Notes: generated from the sequence alone by a model not told the origin. DNA of 61,590 bases, filler included, from Actinobacteria bacterium UBA7524 (GCA_002478275.1; 6 parts of 6 records of this genome joined end to end with filler, not necessarily neighbours in it); one strand, 5' to 3'. Shown: positions 32,024 to 42,238, numbered from the whole stretch's first letter. Numbers and translations: made by a program.

Positions 32024-33110
32024 GGATAAGCTCCCCTCTCACGCGCTCGACCGGCATCCCCACGGCCTTGCCTCTCACGATGATCCGCAAGTTCGTCATT
32101 TCGTTCTGCTTGGCCCACAGATAGGCGATTGCGACGCCCACACCCAGCGGGTCGCCTTTTGCGAGACCGAGCGCATGACGCATCAGGTAGTCCTCCAGCG
32201 ACCGCTCGAACACCGATATCGAGTTCTGTGACAGATACTCGATAGCCACCGCGTCAAGGATCTTCCCGTAAGGTGTCTCGCGCAGCTTGTCCAGTATCTC
32301 GTCGATATCGGACATGGCCGCAAGTTCCTCGTAAAGGCTCTTGGAGAAGTCACGTCCGCCCTCCAGGAAGTAGCGATCCGCCACTTCCGTCTCGAGGCTC
32401 TCTTTGGCCGCCCGCAAGACCGTCAGCAGGTTGAGTGTGTCGACCTGCATCCTGACGATCGAAAGCGCAAGCCGTGAGTTCGCCTGGCGCTTCTTGAGCC
32501 GCTGGGTGGCCCACGTCGAGTAGTAGCGATCGAGCGCCAGCTCCAGATCGGCGAGACTCTCGGTCTCCAGATACTCGGCGTAGCCTTCCCGCAGCGCTCC
32601 CGCAAAGGGAAGCCCCCAGGTGACGGCGGTATCGATCACCGTCTTGATGTCCTCGCCGCCCGCCAGTGCCTCAAGTTCCACCGCGGTCAGTTGCCCGGCA
32701 GGCAACAGACCTTCGACGATCTCATCGGTTGCGGCGTCGATGTGCTTTCCTCGCAAGATGGTCTTGATGTTGAAGATGTCCCACCTGCCCAACAGCGTTT
32801 GGACCAGGTACAGTCCCTCGTCGTTGAGGAAGGAGAACACCTTCTGGTACGTCCTGATCATGTGGTTCTTCAGGGCAGCCTCTATGGTCGCCGCGTCCCT
32901 GCCGTGTATCAACGCGTCCTCCAGGTCCGGCCCGTACTCCGTGGCCGTCAGGTCCTGGATGAGCGTCTTGATGTCGGGAGCGGCTATGAGATTGTCGAAG
33001 AACGCACGATTGAACAGGCGGGAGCGCATACCGCGAAGTCTCGCGTTCGCATACCCGTATTCCTTGCCCGATGCTGGGCGAGTGCGTACCTTGGCCGCTT
33101 CAGGGCTCAT
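32016..33110 (-). CDS. ntpC: V/A-type ATP synthase subunit C
   Basis: YGYANARLRGMRSRL, WDIFNIKTILRG, EMTNLRIIVRGK. Confidence 0.93.
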   Translation of the reverse strand: MSPEAAKVRTRPASGKEYGYANARLRGMRSRLFNRAFFDNLIAAPDIKTLIQDLTATEYGPDLEDALIHGRDAATIEAALKNHMIRTYQKVFSFLNDEGLYLVQTLLGRWDIFNIKTILRGKHIDAATDEIVEGLLPAGQLTAVELEALAGGEDIKTVIDTAVTWGLPFAGALREGYAEYLETESLADLELALDRYYSTWATQRLKKRQANSRLALSIVRMQVDTLNLLTVLRAAKESLETEVADRYFLEGGRDFSKSLYEELAAMSDIDEILDKLRETPYGKILDAVAIEYLSQNSISVFERSLEDYLMRHALGLAKGDPLGVGVAIAYLWAKQNEMTNLRIIVRGKAVGMPVERVRGELILV

Positions 33111-33685
33111 GAGAACAGAATCTCCGCCACGTCCGCCTGAGTGATACCGGCGACCTTCTCCAAACGGTCCTCGAACGTGTTGCGCCTCATGACCTTGCCA
33201 CCATAAGCAGCCACCACTACCCCACCCCGGGTGCTGAGAGTGGTCTGCAGCCCGGCATCGACCCCCAGCTCCTTGATGGTAGATCTCGCCAGTTCTTCGT
33301 CCGCCGGATCGACCAGGAGTGTGATGTCACCATCAACTCCGGCTATGGCTTCTTCCGTCAGCGCCCGGAACATGGCGGCATAGTCCTTGGCCCCACGCAA
33401 AGAACCGAGCTCATCCCGAGCAGCTTCGATGACGGCCTCGACCGCAGCCTCCTTGACGGCCGCGACACGCTTCTTGCTTTCGAGCCGTGCCTTGTTCAGT
33501 GATTTGGCAGCCTTGAGCCTGGTCGCCTGCTCTGCATCGGCCACCCTGTCAGCTCTGAGCTTATCCGCGTAGTCTGTTGCCTCGTCACTGATGGCCTGCG
33601 CCTGTTCGCGGGCGTTGCGGAGTATCTCGTCGGACTCCTCCCGACCCTGCTCCTCGAGCGCCCTGAAGATGTCTTCGAGTGCCAT
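33107..33685 (-). CDS. ntpE: V/A-type ATP synthase subunit E
   Basis: Coiled-coil N-terminus, GGVVV...NTFEDRL, operon position. Confidence 0.9.
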   Translation of the reverse strand: MALEDIFRALEEQGREESDEILRNAREQAQAISDEATDYADKLRADRVADAEQATRLKAAKSLNKARLESKKRVAAVKEAAVEAVIEAARDELGSLRGAKDYAAMFRALTEEAIAGVDGDITLLVDPADEELARSTIKELGVDAGLQTTLSTRGGVVVAAYGGKVMRRNTFEDRLEKVAGITQADVAEILFS

Positions 33686-33733
33686 GTATTCGGTTCCTTC
33701 CGCGTGCTTGGTCTGGTTTGAAGTCGCCTGTTA

Positions 33734-34057
33734 TCAGCCGGCGATGATGATCGCGGAGACGAAACCGAGCAGGACGATGACTTCCGGAAGGACCTGCAGC
33801 GTGATGGCCCAGACCGAGACCTCAGGACGCTCGGCCAGGGTGCCTGCGGCAGCCGTACCGATCTTCGCCTGAGCATAACCTGCCGACATGGCCGAGATGC
33901 TCATCGCAGCTCCTGCCGAAGCCGCCTTCGTCACGCTGACGCGCCAGTCGAACGGCTCCGTGCTTGCTGCCTCAGCAGCCGTGGCGAACGCAGGCACCAG
34001 CATCGTCAGCAGGAACGTACTGCCGAACACCTTCCTTGCGAGCCGATTGTTGAACAT
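33734..34057 (-). CDS. ntpK: V/A-type ATP synthase proteolipid subunit K/c
   Basis: GYAQAKIGTAAAGTLAERPE...LPEVIVLLG with the conserved Glu; N-terminal signal-like extension. Confidence 0.92.
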   Translation of the reverse strand: MFNNRLARKVFGSTFLLTMLVPAFATAAEAASTEPFDWRVSVTKAASAGAAMSISAMSAGYAQAKIGTAAAGTLAERPEVSVWAITLQVLPEVIVLLGFVSAIIIAG

Positions 34058-34062
34058 ACGCT

Positions 34063-36045
34063 CTAGTCACCTCCGGTTTTCGTGAACGGACTGTACTGCT
34101 GTTCTCCCGTCTCATGGAACTTGGTGAAGAACTCCAAGAAGTTGAGACGTATTGCATGGATTGAGGGGCTCACCACGACGATGACGAAGTTCAACGTGTG
34201 GAGCAGAACGCCCAGGAATATGCCTGCGAGCGGGACGTCGGCGAGATCTGCGACGATGCCGTTGACCGCGTCGGCGAAGATCGCACCTGCCAGACCGACG
34301 GCCATGATACGGATGTAGCTCGCCATCCCGGAAACCGACTCCAGGATCTCCACGAGCGCCATCATCTTACCTGCCATCACCGCGACCACGAGCCCTACGG
34401 CAGCCACGCCCGCGAAGAGCCACCTGCCCGCGATCGACCAGTCACCGATCGCGCCGGTGACCAGGGGTGTCGAGAAGACCACTGCAGCCCCGGCACCAAG
34501 CAGAAGTCCCAGGATGCCGAGCTTCTCATGGAGATGGTGCTTGCTCTTGGTGCGCACTGCGTTGACCGCCCCGAGGACCAGTCCGAGCAACACATGCACG
34601 ACTCCCACCCCGATGGCCATGTACATGAAGACCATCATGAGGTCGGCGCCAACCCGGTGGAACGGTAACTCGATGCCCAGAACCGTGATGGGCTTGATCC
34701 AGTCCAGGTAGTGGGGACCCAGAACGTCTCCGAAGAACTCGCCGTACAGCAGGCCGAATATAACGACGCTCGTCGCCGCCGGGCCCAAGATGGACGTGGC
34801 CATCTGCACACCCGCGTTCTCCTTGAACTTGCGCCGCATCCAGATGACGAGGCCCAGAAGCACAAGTCCATAGCCGAAGTCGCCTACGATCATGCCGAAC
34901 AGCAGCGGATAGAACAGGAACAACATGATGGTCGGGTCGATCGTCCCGTACTTGGGCAGACCGCGCAGGTTCGTGAGGAGCTCGAACGGCTGGGCGTACT
35001 TCGGGTTCTGCAAAGCCACCGGGGTCTCGTTGAACTCCTTCTCGGTGATCTCGGTCTGGTTGACGATCACATCATCGCCCCAGTTCGAGCCGATCAGTTT
35101 GCGCAGTCCGCCTACATCGTCCACGGGCATCCAGCCGGTGATGACGAAAGCGTACTCGGTCCGACCGAACTTCGGGATCGCGCCGATCTCATCGATCTTG
35201 TCGGTGAGTACGTCGCGAATGGCAGTCAGGCGAGTCTGCCAGGAGATCGACATACGCTCCAGCTCGGCCGAGACACGCTTGAGTTCCTCCGGCAGACTCT
35301 TGCGTCGGGCCTTGAGCTCGTCGTATGCCACATCAAAGGGCATGTCGTTGAACTCGTTGGGCAGACGGATCTGGTTGACGTTCTCCATGGCCAGGAACTT
35401 GTGTACCGGGTCGGAATAGGTCTTGGAGAACACGATGATCGCGGCGGTCGTGTCCTCGTCCACATCCGTCGAGACGATCTCGCACTGCTTGTGCGTGAGC
35501 TTGTCGAGTTCTTCCTTCAGCTGTTCGAGCGCGGTCTTGTAGCGGCGCTCGACCAGAAGGGCTACTGACTCGTAGGCACCGGTGGTCACGATCTGCTTCG
35601 CCAGCGGCTGGATCTTCTCAAGGATCGGTTCGTAACGCGCGAGAAGGGCGATCTCGCCCTCCAGAGAGGTGTGACTGGCAGCCAGCTCCGCGGTGCGGTC
35701 CTCGACCTCTTCGACCACGTTCGAGATCTCCGACCCCAACTGTTCGGGGTCGAGTTCATAGAGACGCCCGTACTCCTTCTTGCGCTCCTCGGCATCGACG
35801 AACGTGTCTTCGCGCTGGAGCGCCTTGACGATCGAGCGCACGCGGATCAGGAGCTCCTCCATACGCTCCTGGTCGCGCAACTGCTGATCGTAGACCTCCA
35901 TGCGGTCGAGCGGGACCTCTCCCGACTCGATCTTGCGCGTCAGGTCCTCGATGTGCAGGCTTCCTTGCTCGTGAATGAGGCTGACCACGTCGAAGAACAG
36001 GTTCTTCGGGCCTATGATCTCCACTTTGGCCATTGGAACGAGCAC
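34063..36045 (-). CDS. ntpI: V/A-type ATP synthase subunit I/a
   Basis: LPKYGTIDPT, FGMIVGDFGYG, YGEFFG, SYIRIMAVG (essential Arg), HAIRLNFLEFF. Confidence 0.96.
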   Translation of the reverse strand: MLVPMAKVEIIGPKNLFFDVVSLIHEQGSLHIEDLTRKIESGEVPLDRMEVYDQQLRDQERMEELLIRVRSIVKALQREDTFVDAEERKKEYGRLYELDPEQLGSEISNVVEEVEDRTAELAASHTSLEGEIALLARYEPILEKIQPLAKQIVTTGAYESVALLVERRYKTALEQLKEELDKLTHKQCEIVSTDVDEDTTAAIIVFSKTYSDPVHKFLAMENVNQIRLPNEFNDMPFDVAYDELKARRKSLPEELKRVSAELERMSISWQTRLTAIRDVLTDKIDEIGAIPKFGRTEYAFVITGWMPVDDVGGLRKLIGSNWGDDVIVNQTEITEKEFNETPVALQNPKYAQPFELLTNLRGLPKYGTIDPTIMLFLFYPLLFGMIVGDFGYGLVLLGLVIWMRRKFKENAGVQMATSILGPAATSVVIFGLLYGEFFGDVLGPHYLDWIKPITVLGIELPFHRVGADLMMVFMYMAIGVGVVHVLLGLVLGAVNAVRTKSKHHLHEKLGILGLLLGAGAAVVFSTPLVTGAIGDWSIAGRWLFAGVAAVGLVVAVMAGKMMALVEILESVSGMASYIRIMAVGLAGAIFADAVNGIVADLADVPLAGIFLGVLLHTLNFVIVVVSPSIHAIRLNFLEFFTKFHETGEQQYSPFTKTGGD

Positions 36046-36088
36046 ACGCCACACCCCCTACAGGTCACAACCTGTGGCCCAGACGAAG

Positions 36089-36457
36089 CTACACGCTCGT
36101 GACACGCTCCGCCACGAACGTCACCGCCGATGCGGTTCTGTCCTTGATGAGTCCCTTGAGCGTCTCGATCTCCTCGCCTGTCGAGACGTCGAGCTGAGCT
36201 ATCTCCCTGTCGACCTCTGCCAGAACCTTCTTCTCATGCTCGGCCGCGAGCTTGTCCGCCTCGTCTTCCGCACGGTTCTTCAGCTCCACCGCCTTCTTGC
36301 GGGCGGCCGCCACGATGTCCTCGGCTTCTTTCTTGGCCGCGAGAACCTGCCCTGAGATCTCCATCTCCTTCTCGCGTATGAGGTGCAGCGGGGAGTTGGC
36401 TTGTCGAGCCACCGTGTCCTGGTGGAACCGGATATCCTCGAGTACCTTCTCTTCCAC
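36089..36457 (-). CDS. V/A-type ATP synthase peripheral-stalk subunit G/H
   Basis: Charged coiled coil (AKKEAEDIVAAARKKA) at the head of the operon; GGAGGG RBS before GTG. Confidence 0.8.
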   Translation of the reverse strand: MEEKVLEDIRFHQDTVARQANSPLHLIREKEMEISGQVLAAKKEAEDIVAAARKKAVELKNRAEDEADKLAAEHEKKVLAEVDREIAQLDVSTGEEIETLKGLIKDRTASAVTFVAERVTSV

Positions 36458-36565
36458 GTACCTGCCCTCCATCTCGTGCGTACCTTTGCACGTATGACCT
36501 GCCGTGCTGTCACGGCTCCTCACTGGTAGGTTTCGACATTCGTGAACCCGGCTCCTGCTAGGAAA

Positions 36566-37717
36566 TCATGATATAGACCCGGCCCCCGCCTGTTCGCCTT
36601 GGACGAACCGCCGTCCCAGCCGCATGCCGAACGCGCACGCCATCTCGTAGTTGATGGTCCCGGCCGAGTCGGCGAGTTCATCCATGGCGATGGACGTATC
36701 GCCCTGCACCCCCACCAGGACCGCCTCGTCGCCTTCCTGGACCACGAGTCCCGCGGGTACCTCGACCATCAGCTGGTCCATACACACCCTGCCGACTTGC
36801 TGACAGCGCCTGCCGCCCAGCAAGACGGCCATCTCGTTCGACAAGACCCTGTGGACCCCATCGGCATAGCCGAGCGGCAGTGTGGCGATGACCGACGGTC
36901 CCCCCGCTTGCCAGGTAAGGCCGTAGCTCACCCCGTCCCCCATCCCGATACGCTTGACCAGCGAGACGCTGGCCTTGACCGCCATCCCGGGGACCAGGCC
37001 GACAGCGCTGTGAGTCGCGCGCGACGGATGCAGGCCGTAGATCGCGATACCGCACCTGACCATCCCGAAGTGCGTCTCGGGATGCAGGATCGTGGCAGCG
37101 CTGTTGGCGGCGTGCACGATCCCCGGTTCGACGCCCTCGTCCCGCATGCGCTGCAGCGCCAGCGTGAAACGCTCCAGCTGGCGCCCGAAATCCCAGTCTC
37201 CCGGCGTGTCGGCGGTCGCGAAATGCGTGCACGTACCCTCAAGCTCAAGGCCGGGGAAGCCGGACAACGCAGCCGCGAAGACATGTGCTTCCTCGGCGCG
37301 CACGCCGATGCGGTTCATCCCGGTGTCGATCTTCAGGTGGTATCTCAGCGATCGCCCAAGCCCAGCCGCCAGCCTACCCGCTTCCTGCGCGAATCCACGA
37401 GTGGTCACCATCGGGATCAGGTCATGTTCGAGCAGAAGCGCGACGGAGGACAAGGGAGGCTCGGACAGCAGGTGCACGTCGGCGCGGATCCCCGTCTTCC
37501 GAAGCTCCACGGCCTCCTCGACCGTCGCAACCCCCAGGCGGTCCGCCCCCGCGCCGAGCGCTTGCCGCGCGACCTGCACGGCGCCGTGCCCGTATCCGTC
37601 GGCCTTGACCACCGCCATGAACAGCGTGTCATCGGGTACCAGGGACTTCAGCGTCCGGACGTTGGCGGCGATCGCCGAAAGGTCGATCTCAGTCCATGCG
37701 CCGCGCGCGTAGGACAC
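36566..37717 (-). CDS. alr: Alanine racemase
   Basis: AVVKADGYGHG, KIDTGMNRIG, HAANSA, GYADG, GRVCMDQ, TINYE. Confidence 0.97.
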   Translation of the reverse strand: MSYARGAWTEIDLSAIAANVRTLKSLVPDDTLFMAVVKADGYGHGAVQVARQALGAGADRLGVATVEEAVELRKTGIRADVHLLSEPPLSSVALLLEHDLIPMVTTRGFAQEAGRLAAGLGRSLRYHLKIDTGMNRIGVRAEEAHVFAAALSGFPGLELEGTCTHFATADTPGDWDFGRQLERFTLALQRMRDEGVEPGIVHAANSAATILHPETHFGMVRCGIAIYGLHPSRATHSAVGLVPGMAVKASVSLVKRIGMGDGVSYGLTWQAGGPSVIATLPLGYADGVHRVLSNEMAVLLGGRRCQQVGRVCMDQLMVEVPAGLVVQEGDEAVLVGVQGDTSIAMDELADSAGTINYEMACAFGMRLGRRFVQGEQAGAGSIS

Positions 37718-37720
37718 CGC

Positions 37721-38182
37721 TCACTCCTGGTCGAGCAGGGAGCGAACGATATCGGACTTGCTGATCACGCCCACCAGCTTGCCCCCGTCGAGCACGGGCA
37801 GCCGGCTGACGTCGCGCTCCACGAGCAGGGTGGCAGCGTCCTCGACCGAGGCATCGGCCTGCACAGTGACGGGATTCGCGGTCATGACCGACCTCACGTC
37901 GGCCGCGACGGCCTTGCGCAGCTCGTTCTCGAACCGCGCCGTCGCGGGCGGGTACATGATGAACCCGTCGAGCAGGTGCAGGTACGTCGGGAACTCGAGC
38001 TTCACGTCTTGCATGATGAGGTCGCCCTCGGTGACGATCCCGACAAGCTCGCCGTTCTCGATCACGGGCAGCGCGCCTATCCGCTTGTCGACCATCAATC
38101 GCGCCACGGAGGTGACCGTGTCCTCGGGTCCGACCGTCACGGGATCGACTGTCATCACGTCTCGTACCGTCAGCTCCGCCAT
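37721..38182 (-). CDS. CBS-pair domain protein
   Basis: Two CBS repeats (VRDVMT...LPVIENGELVGIVTEGD; VRSVMT...LPVLDGGKLVGVISKSD). Confidence 0.93.
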   Translation of the reverse strand: MAELTVRDVMTVDPVTVGPEDTVTSVARLMVDKRIGALPVIENGELVGIVTEGDLIMQDVKLEFPTYLHLLDGFIMYPPATARFENELRKAVAADVRSVMTANPVTVQADASVEDAATLLVERDVSRLPVLDGGKLVGVISKSDIVRSLLDQE

Positions 38183-38234
38183 CGCATGGGCTCCTTGTCA
38201 TCTCGCGTACGTATCGTCTCTGATGTCACTTCTC

Positions 38235-38925
38235 TCACCCGCCGAGGAGACCCTTCATCGCTTCAGGCACGAATCCGGGCAGGTCCTCCGCTATCACGCA
38301 ACGATCCGTCAGCCGGGCTGCCGCACGGTCCCCGGCGAGCCCATGCAGATGCGTTCCCAGCACGCCGGCGTCGAATGGCTCGACCCCCTGGGCGAGCAGC
38401 GCGCCCATCATCCCCGCGAGCACATCACCGCTTCCCGCCGTGGCAAGCGCCGGCCCTCCCGACAGGTTCAGTGCCGACCTGCCCGAACCGCTGACGACGG
38501 TCCGCGCGCCCTTCAGCACGCACACGAGGCCGTCACCCGAAAGCCTTGCTCCATAGAATAGTCTATCCCCCTGGATCTCGCCGGTCTCGACCTGCAGCAG
38601 CCTAGCCAGCTCACCCGGATGCGGCGTGATGAGCGTCGGCGCACCGCGCTCAGTCAGCAGCCCGGTCGCGTCGACCAGTGCGTTGAGCCCATCCGCGTCG
38701 ACCACCAGCGGCAAGGCCAGGTCCTTGACGACCTTACGGGCGACCAGCACCGCGCCGTGAGCGACCGTCAGGCCTGGGCCCAGGACCACGGCGTCGTGCT
38801 CCCTCGCAAGATCGAGTATCTCCTCGGCGGACCGCGAAGCGAATGTGCGCGTCGGATTCTCCGGCATCCCGACGCCCACCGCCGACGTCAGCTTCGTCTG
38901 TACCGCCGTGGCAAGCGCCGGCCCT
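38235..38925 (-). CDS. nnrD: NAD(P)H-hydrate dehydratase domain (Nnr C-terminus); 5' truncated
   Basis: VLGPGL, VDADGLN, ITPHPGELARL, VLKGA, LATAGSGDVLAG. Confidence 0.93.
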
Positions 38926-39025
38926 NNNNNNNNNNNNNNNNNNNNNNNNNNNNNNNNNNNNNNNNNNNNTTAATTAATTAANNNNNNNNNNNNNNNNNNN
39001 NNNNNNNNNNNNNNNNNNNNNNNNN

Positions 39026-39193
39026 ATCATCCACTACTTCATGATGTGGGTGTTCATCGTGTTCACGGCCATCCATGCCTATCTGGCCAACGTCGAAGGC
39101 TTCGCTCCATCACGGCTGATCTTCGGCTGGAAGGAGTCCGAGGGTATCCACTTCGACGCCAAGACCGGCAAGATCGTGGGCGGAGGGCACTAG
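39026..39193 (+). CDS. C-terminal fragment of a cytochrome b (Ni/Fe-hydrogenase-type) membrane subunit
   Basis: Hand translation IIHYFMMWVFIVFTAIHAYLANVEG...GH*, with the heme-ligating H-x13-H TM helix. Confidence 0.7.
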   Translation: MIHYFMMWVFIVFTAIHAYLANVEGFAPSRLIFGWKESEGIHFDAKTGKIVGGGH

Positions 39194-39234
39194 TACCTCC
39201 CAGACGTCCGCGACAAAGATCGATGCGTCGTGAC

Positions 39235-39271
39235 GCGAGACCCGGAGACTCACTCCGGGTCTCGCTCTTTT
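39235..39271 (+). terminator. Rho-independent terminator
   Basis: GCGAGACCCGGAG-ACTCA-CTCCGGGTCTCGC followed by TCTTTT. Confidence 0.85.
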
Positions 39272-39468
39272 CCTCCATATGCAGGACATCGCATGCCAGT
39301 TGTCGTAGGATAGAAGCGGATACTGGAAGTTCCCGGCAAGAGCCTGGGAGACGTCGACGATGTGCGCCAGCGCATCGGGGTCAGGGGTGACGCTCGACAT
39401 CGGCTTCCGGTTATCCGCACACTCCGGCGCGTTATCGTCCGCCCCAGACCGTCGAACTGGAGGGCTTG

Positions 39469-40794
39469 ATGCTCTCGGAGCGTGCCATCACCGCTGCACT
39501 GCGCTTGCTGAATCGCGACTACCTCGCACAAGACCCGGTTGACATGGACTCGCTGCCTGGCCCGGTACCGGGAACCGGGTACGTGCTCTACGCACACGTG
39601 CCGTTCTGCGAGAGGTTGTGCCTGTACTGCTCGTTCAACCGCTTCCTGTATCGTGAGGACAGAGCAAGGACCTACTTCCGTCATCTCCGGGACGAGATGC
39701 GGATGGTCGCCGAGCTGGGCTACGACTTTCCCTCGCTCTATATCGGCGGCGGGACGCCCACGATATTGCTCGACGAACTCGCCGCCACGATCGACCTGGC
39801 CAAGGATCTCTTCTCCATCACGGAAGTCTCGTGTGAGACCAGCCCCAACCACCTCGGTCCTGAGCTGGTCGACGCTCTGTCCGAACGGGTCCAGCGACTC
39901 TCGGTCGGCGTCCAGAGCTTCGAAGAGAAGCTGCTCCGACAGATGGACCGCTTCGAGAAGTACGGGGACGGCAAGACGCTGTTCGACCGGGTCTCAGGCA
40001 TCGTCGGTCAGTTCCACTCGTTGAATGTCGACATGATCTTCAACTTCCCGAGCCAGACCGAGGAGATACTCAGGAAGGACATCTCCCTTCTGCGGGCGAC
40101 CGGCGCGAACCAGACGACCTTCTATCCCCTCATGGCTTCACCCAAGACGCGCAGGGAGCTCTCCCGCGCAGTTGGAACCATAGACTACGTCCGGGAAGCG
40201 CATTACTACGACCTGATCACGGAGGTCCTGTCCAACGAGTTCAAACCGACGTCAGCGTGGACGTATTCGCGAGACCGTGACGCCATGATCGACGAGTACA
40301 TCGTCGACTACGACCAGTACGTCGGTGTCGGCTCGGGCGCACTGTCCTTCCTCGGCGGACGAACGTATGGGAACACGTTCTCGCTCAAGGACTACGGAGC
40401 ATCCATAGGGGCTGGACGCATGTCGGTGATCAAGCGCGGCAGACCTTACAGTCGCAAAGCGCTGATGCGCTACCGCTTCGTCACAGACCTGTTCGGACTG
40501 AAGCTGGACAAGGACCGCTTCAAGGCGGACTTCGGGGTCCCCGTCGAACAAGGGCTTTGGGCGGAGATCGCATTCATGCACGCTGCCGGCGGGATAGCGT
40601 CGCATACCGCCGAGGAGATCACTCTCACGCAAAAGGGTCGCTATCTCCTCATGGTGATCATGAGAGAGACCCTGGCAAGCAGCAACGATGCGCGGGACCA
40701 GGCGCGTGAAGCGCTGCCGCTCGAGGAGAAGATGCTGCTTCTGGAAGGCGATGCATGTCACGAGATGGTGTTCCCGGAAGCCGCTGCGGTCTAG
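39469..40794 (+). CDS. menK: HemN-like class C radical SAM methyltransferase; likely menaquinone C8-methyltransferase (MenK/MqnK)
   Basis: YAHVPFCERLCLYCSF (CxxxCxxC), GGGTPT, RLSVGVQSF, and QTTFYPLM matching the QxTxYPLM MenK signature as recalled. Confidence 0.75.
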   Translation: MLSERAITAALRLLNRDYLAQDPVDMDSLPGPVPGTGYVLYAHVPFCERLCLYCSFNRFLYREDRARTYFRHLRDEMRMVAELGYDFPSLYIGGGTPTILLDELAATIDLAKDLFSITEVSCETSPNHLGPELVDALSERVQRLSVGVQSFEEKLLRQMDRFEKYGDGKTLFDRVSGIVGQFHSLNVDMIFNFPSQTEEILRKDISLLRATGANQTTFYPLMASPKTRRELSRAVGTIDYVREAHYYDLITEVLSNEFKPTSAWTYSRDRDAMIDEYIVDYDQYVGVGSGALSFLGGRTYGNTFSLKDYGASIGAGRMSVIKRGRPYSRKALMRYRFVTDLFGLKLDKDRFKADFGVPVEQGLWAEIAFMHAAGGIASHTAEEITLTQKGRYLLMVIMRETLASSNDARDQAREALPLEEKMLLLEGDACHEMVFPEAAAV

Positions 40795-40898
40795 AGGCAA
40801 CCCCTGTGGTGTGACTTGTTCAAGCCGTGTGTCCCGCTGTGGCGCGCCAGCGGCTACACTGTCTGACAGGCCACGAACTCAGCCAGGGAGGCGAACAC

Positions 40899-41750
40899 GT
40901 GCATCTCGAACTCGAGACCGCGAGGAGAGCTGCCAGAGCCGGTGCGAAGATCGTCAGCACGCGCGGTCGCGACCTCGGGGCGGTTCAGAGCAAGAGCACC
41001 GCAACGGACATGGTCACCGAAACGGACATCGCGGCGGGAGTCGCTGCGGTCCGCGAGATCATGGCAATCGATTCGAGCGCGCGATTCGTCATCGAGGAGC
41101 CCGAAGTCCACGAACTGGCAGACGCCCCGCGCGGTCAGCTTGACGACCCGGAGGTCTGGGTCCTCGACCCGCTCGACGGCACAACGTCGTACGTCCACGG
41201 ATATCCCTGCTTCTCGGTCGCGGTTGCGCTACTCCGCGAAGGAACACCCGTCGCGGGAGCCGTGTACAACGTGGCAATGGACGAACTGGTCAGCGCTGCC
41301 GAGGGGTTTGGAGCTTGGTCCGGGGACGCGTCGATCCGGACCGGCACGGCGACGCGACTCGATCAGGCGTTGCTGATCACCGGTTTTCCGTACGACCGGG
41401 GCGCTCTGCTCGACAAGCAGCTGGAGATACTCGGCCGGTTCCTCCGCTCACCGGTACACGGTATCAGGCGCGATGGCTCAGCTGCGGTCGACTGTACCCA
41501 CGTCGCGGCGGGTCGGGCGGACGGTTTCTGGGAGTTCGGCCTCAAACCGTGGGACATGGCGGCCGGGATCATCATCCTTCGAGAAGCAGGCGCTCACGTC
41601 ACCGGGATCGACGGCAAGCCCTGGTCCGTTCGATCGACGGGGCTGATAGCCGCTAACCCCCACCTTCACGAGCCGATGAGTCAAGTCATACTAGGTGAAC
41701 TCACGCACAGTGACTTATCGGACGGCAGCGATGGGCCAGCCTCGGACTAA
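40899..41750 (+). CDS. suhB: Inositol monophosphatase family protein (SuhB-like)
   Basis: DMVTETD, WVLDPLDGTTSY, TGFPY, RRDGSAAVD, LKPWDMAAG. Confidence 0.88.
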   Translation: MHLELETARRAARAGAKIVSTRGRDLGAVQSKSTATDMVTETDIAAGVAAVREIMAIDSSARFVIEEPEVHELADAPRGQLDDPEVWVLDPLDGTTSYVHGYPCFSVAVALLREGTPVAGAVYNVAMDELVSAAEGFGAWSGDASIRTGTATRLDQALLITGFPYDRGALLDKQLEILGRFLRSPVHGIRRDGSAAVDCTHVAAGRADGFWEFGLKPWDMAAGIIILREAGAHVTGIDGKPWSVRSTGLIAANPHLHEPMSQVILGELTHSDLSDGSDGPASD

Positions 41751-41785
41751 GACCCGCTGCCTCCGGCGACCGAAAGGAAACAGCC

Positions 41786-42142
41786 ATGCCACTTGTCAAC
41801 GTAGACATCGTCGGTCCCCGAACAGCCGACTACGTCGAGGGACTGCTCACTGCGGCTCGCGAAGCCGTCATAGAGGCGCTGAGCGTCGATGACGATACGA
41901 TCATCGTCCGCGTCAACGAGGCACCCCGATCGCATGTCGGCCTACCACCGTGTCGGACGGACTCATTCACTCAGGTGCAGGTCGTGATGTATGACGGGCG
42001 CAGCGATGAGCTGAAGGCCAGTCTGATCGATGCGTTGCGCACACGATTCGGCCAGGCTGCGGGTCTGCGGCCATCGGATGTAGCCGTGCACCTGTGCGAG
42101 GCTCCGCGAACCGAGCTGGACGTGCTGCCCGGCATCGACTGA
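41786..42142 (+). CDS. Tautomerase family protein
   Basis: N-terminal Met-Pro (catalytic Pro1) and two beta-alpha-beta units including GRSDELKASL. Confidence 0.82.
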   Translation: MPLVNVDIVGPRTADYVEGLLTAAREAVIEALSVDDDTIIVRVNEAPRSHVGLPPCRTDSFTQVQVVMYDGRSDELKASLIDALRTRFGQAAGLRPSDVAVHLCEAPRTELDVLPGID

Positions 42143-42183
42143 GGACCAACAATGCGCGATCATCAGTGCTGTTGAGCTGAAAC

Positions 42184-42217
42184 GAGGTCCTGTCCGGGTG
42201 AACCCGGGCAGGACCTC
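42184..42217. terminator. Hairpin between convergent genes
   Basis: GAGGTCCTGTCCGGGT...ACCCGGGCAGGACCTC long stem. Confidence 0.75.
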
Positions 42218-42238
42218 AAGACGCAGTTTGTGCGACGG

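Noticed and set aside
36599..38494. 631-aa plus-strand ORF and similar long antisense ORFs (e.g. 19159-20304, 46601-47926)
   Set aside because: Shadow ORFs opposite clear housekeeping genes, expected in high-GC DNA.
39469..40794. True HemN coproporphyrinogen dehydrogenase
   Set aside because: Motifs fit MenK better and the gene is separate from the hem cluster.
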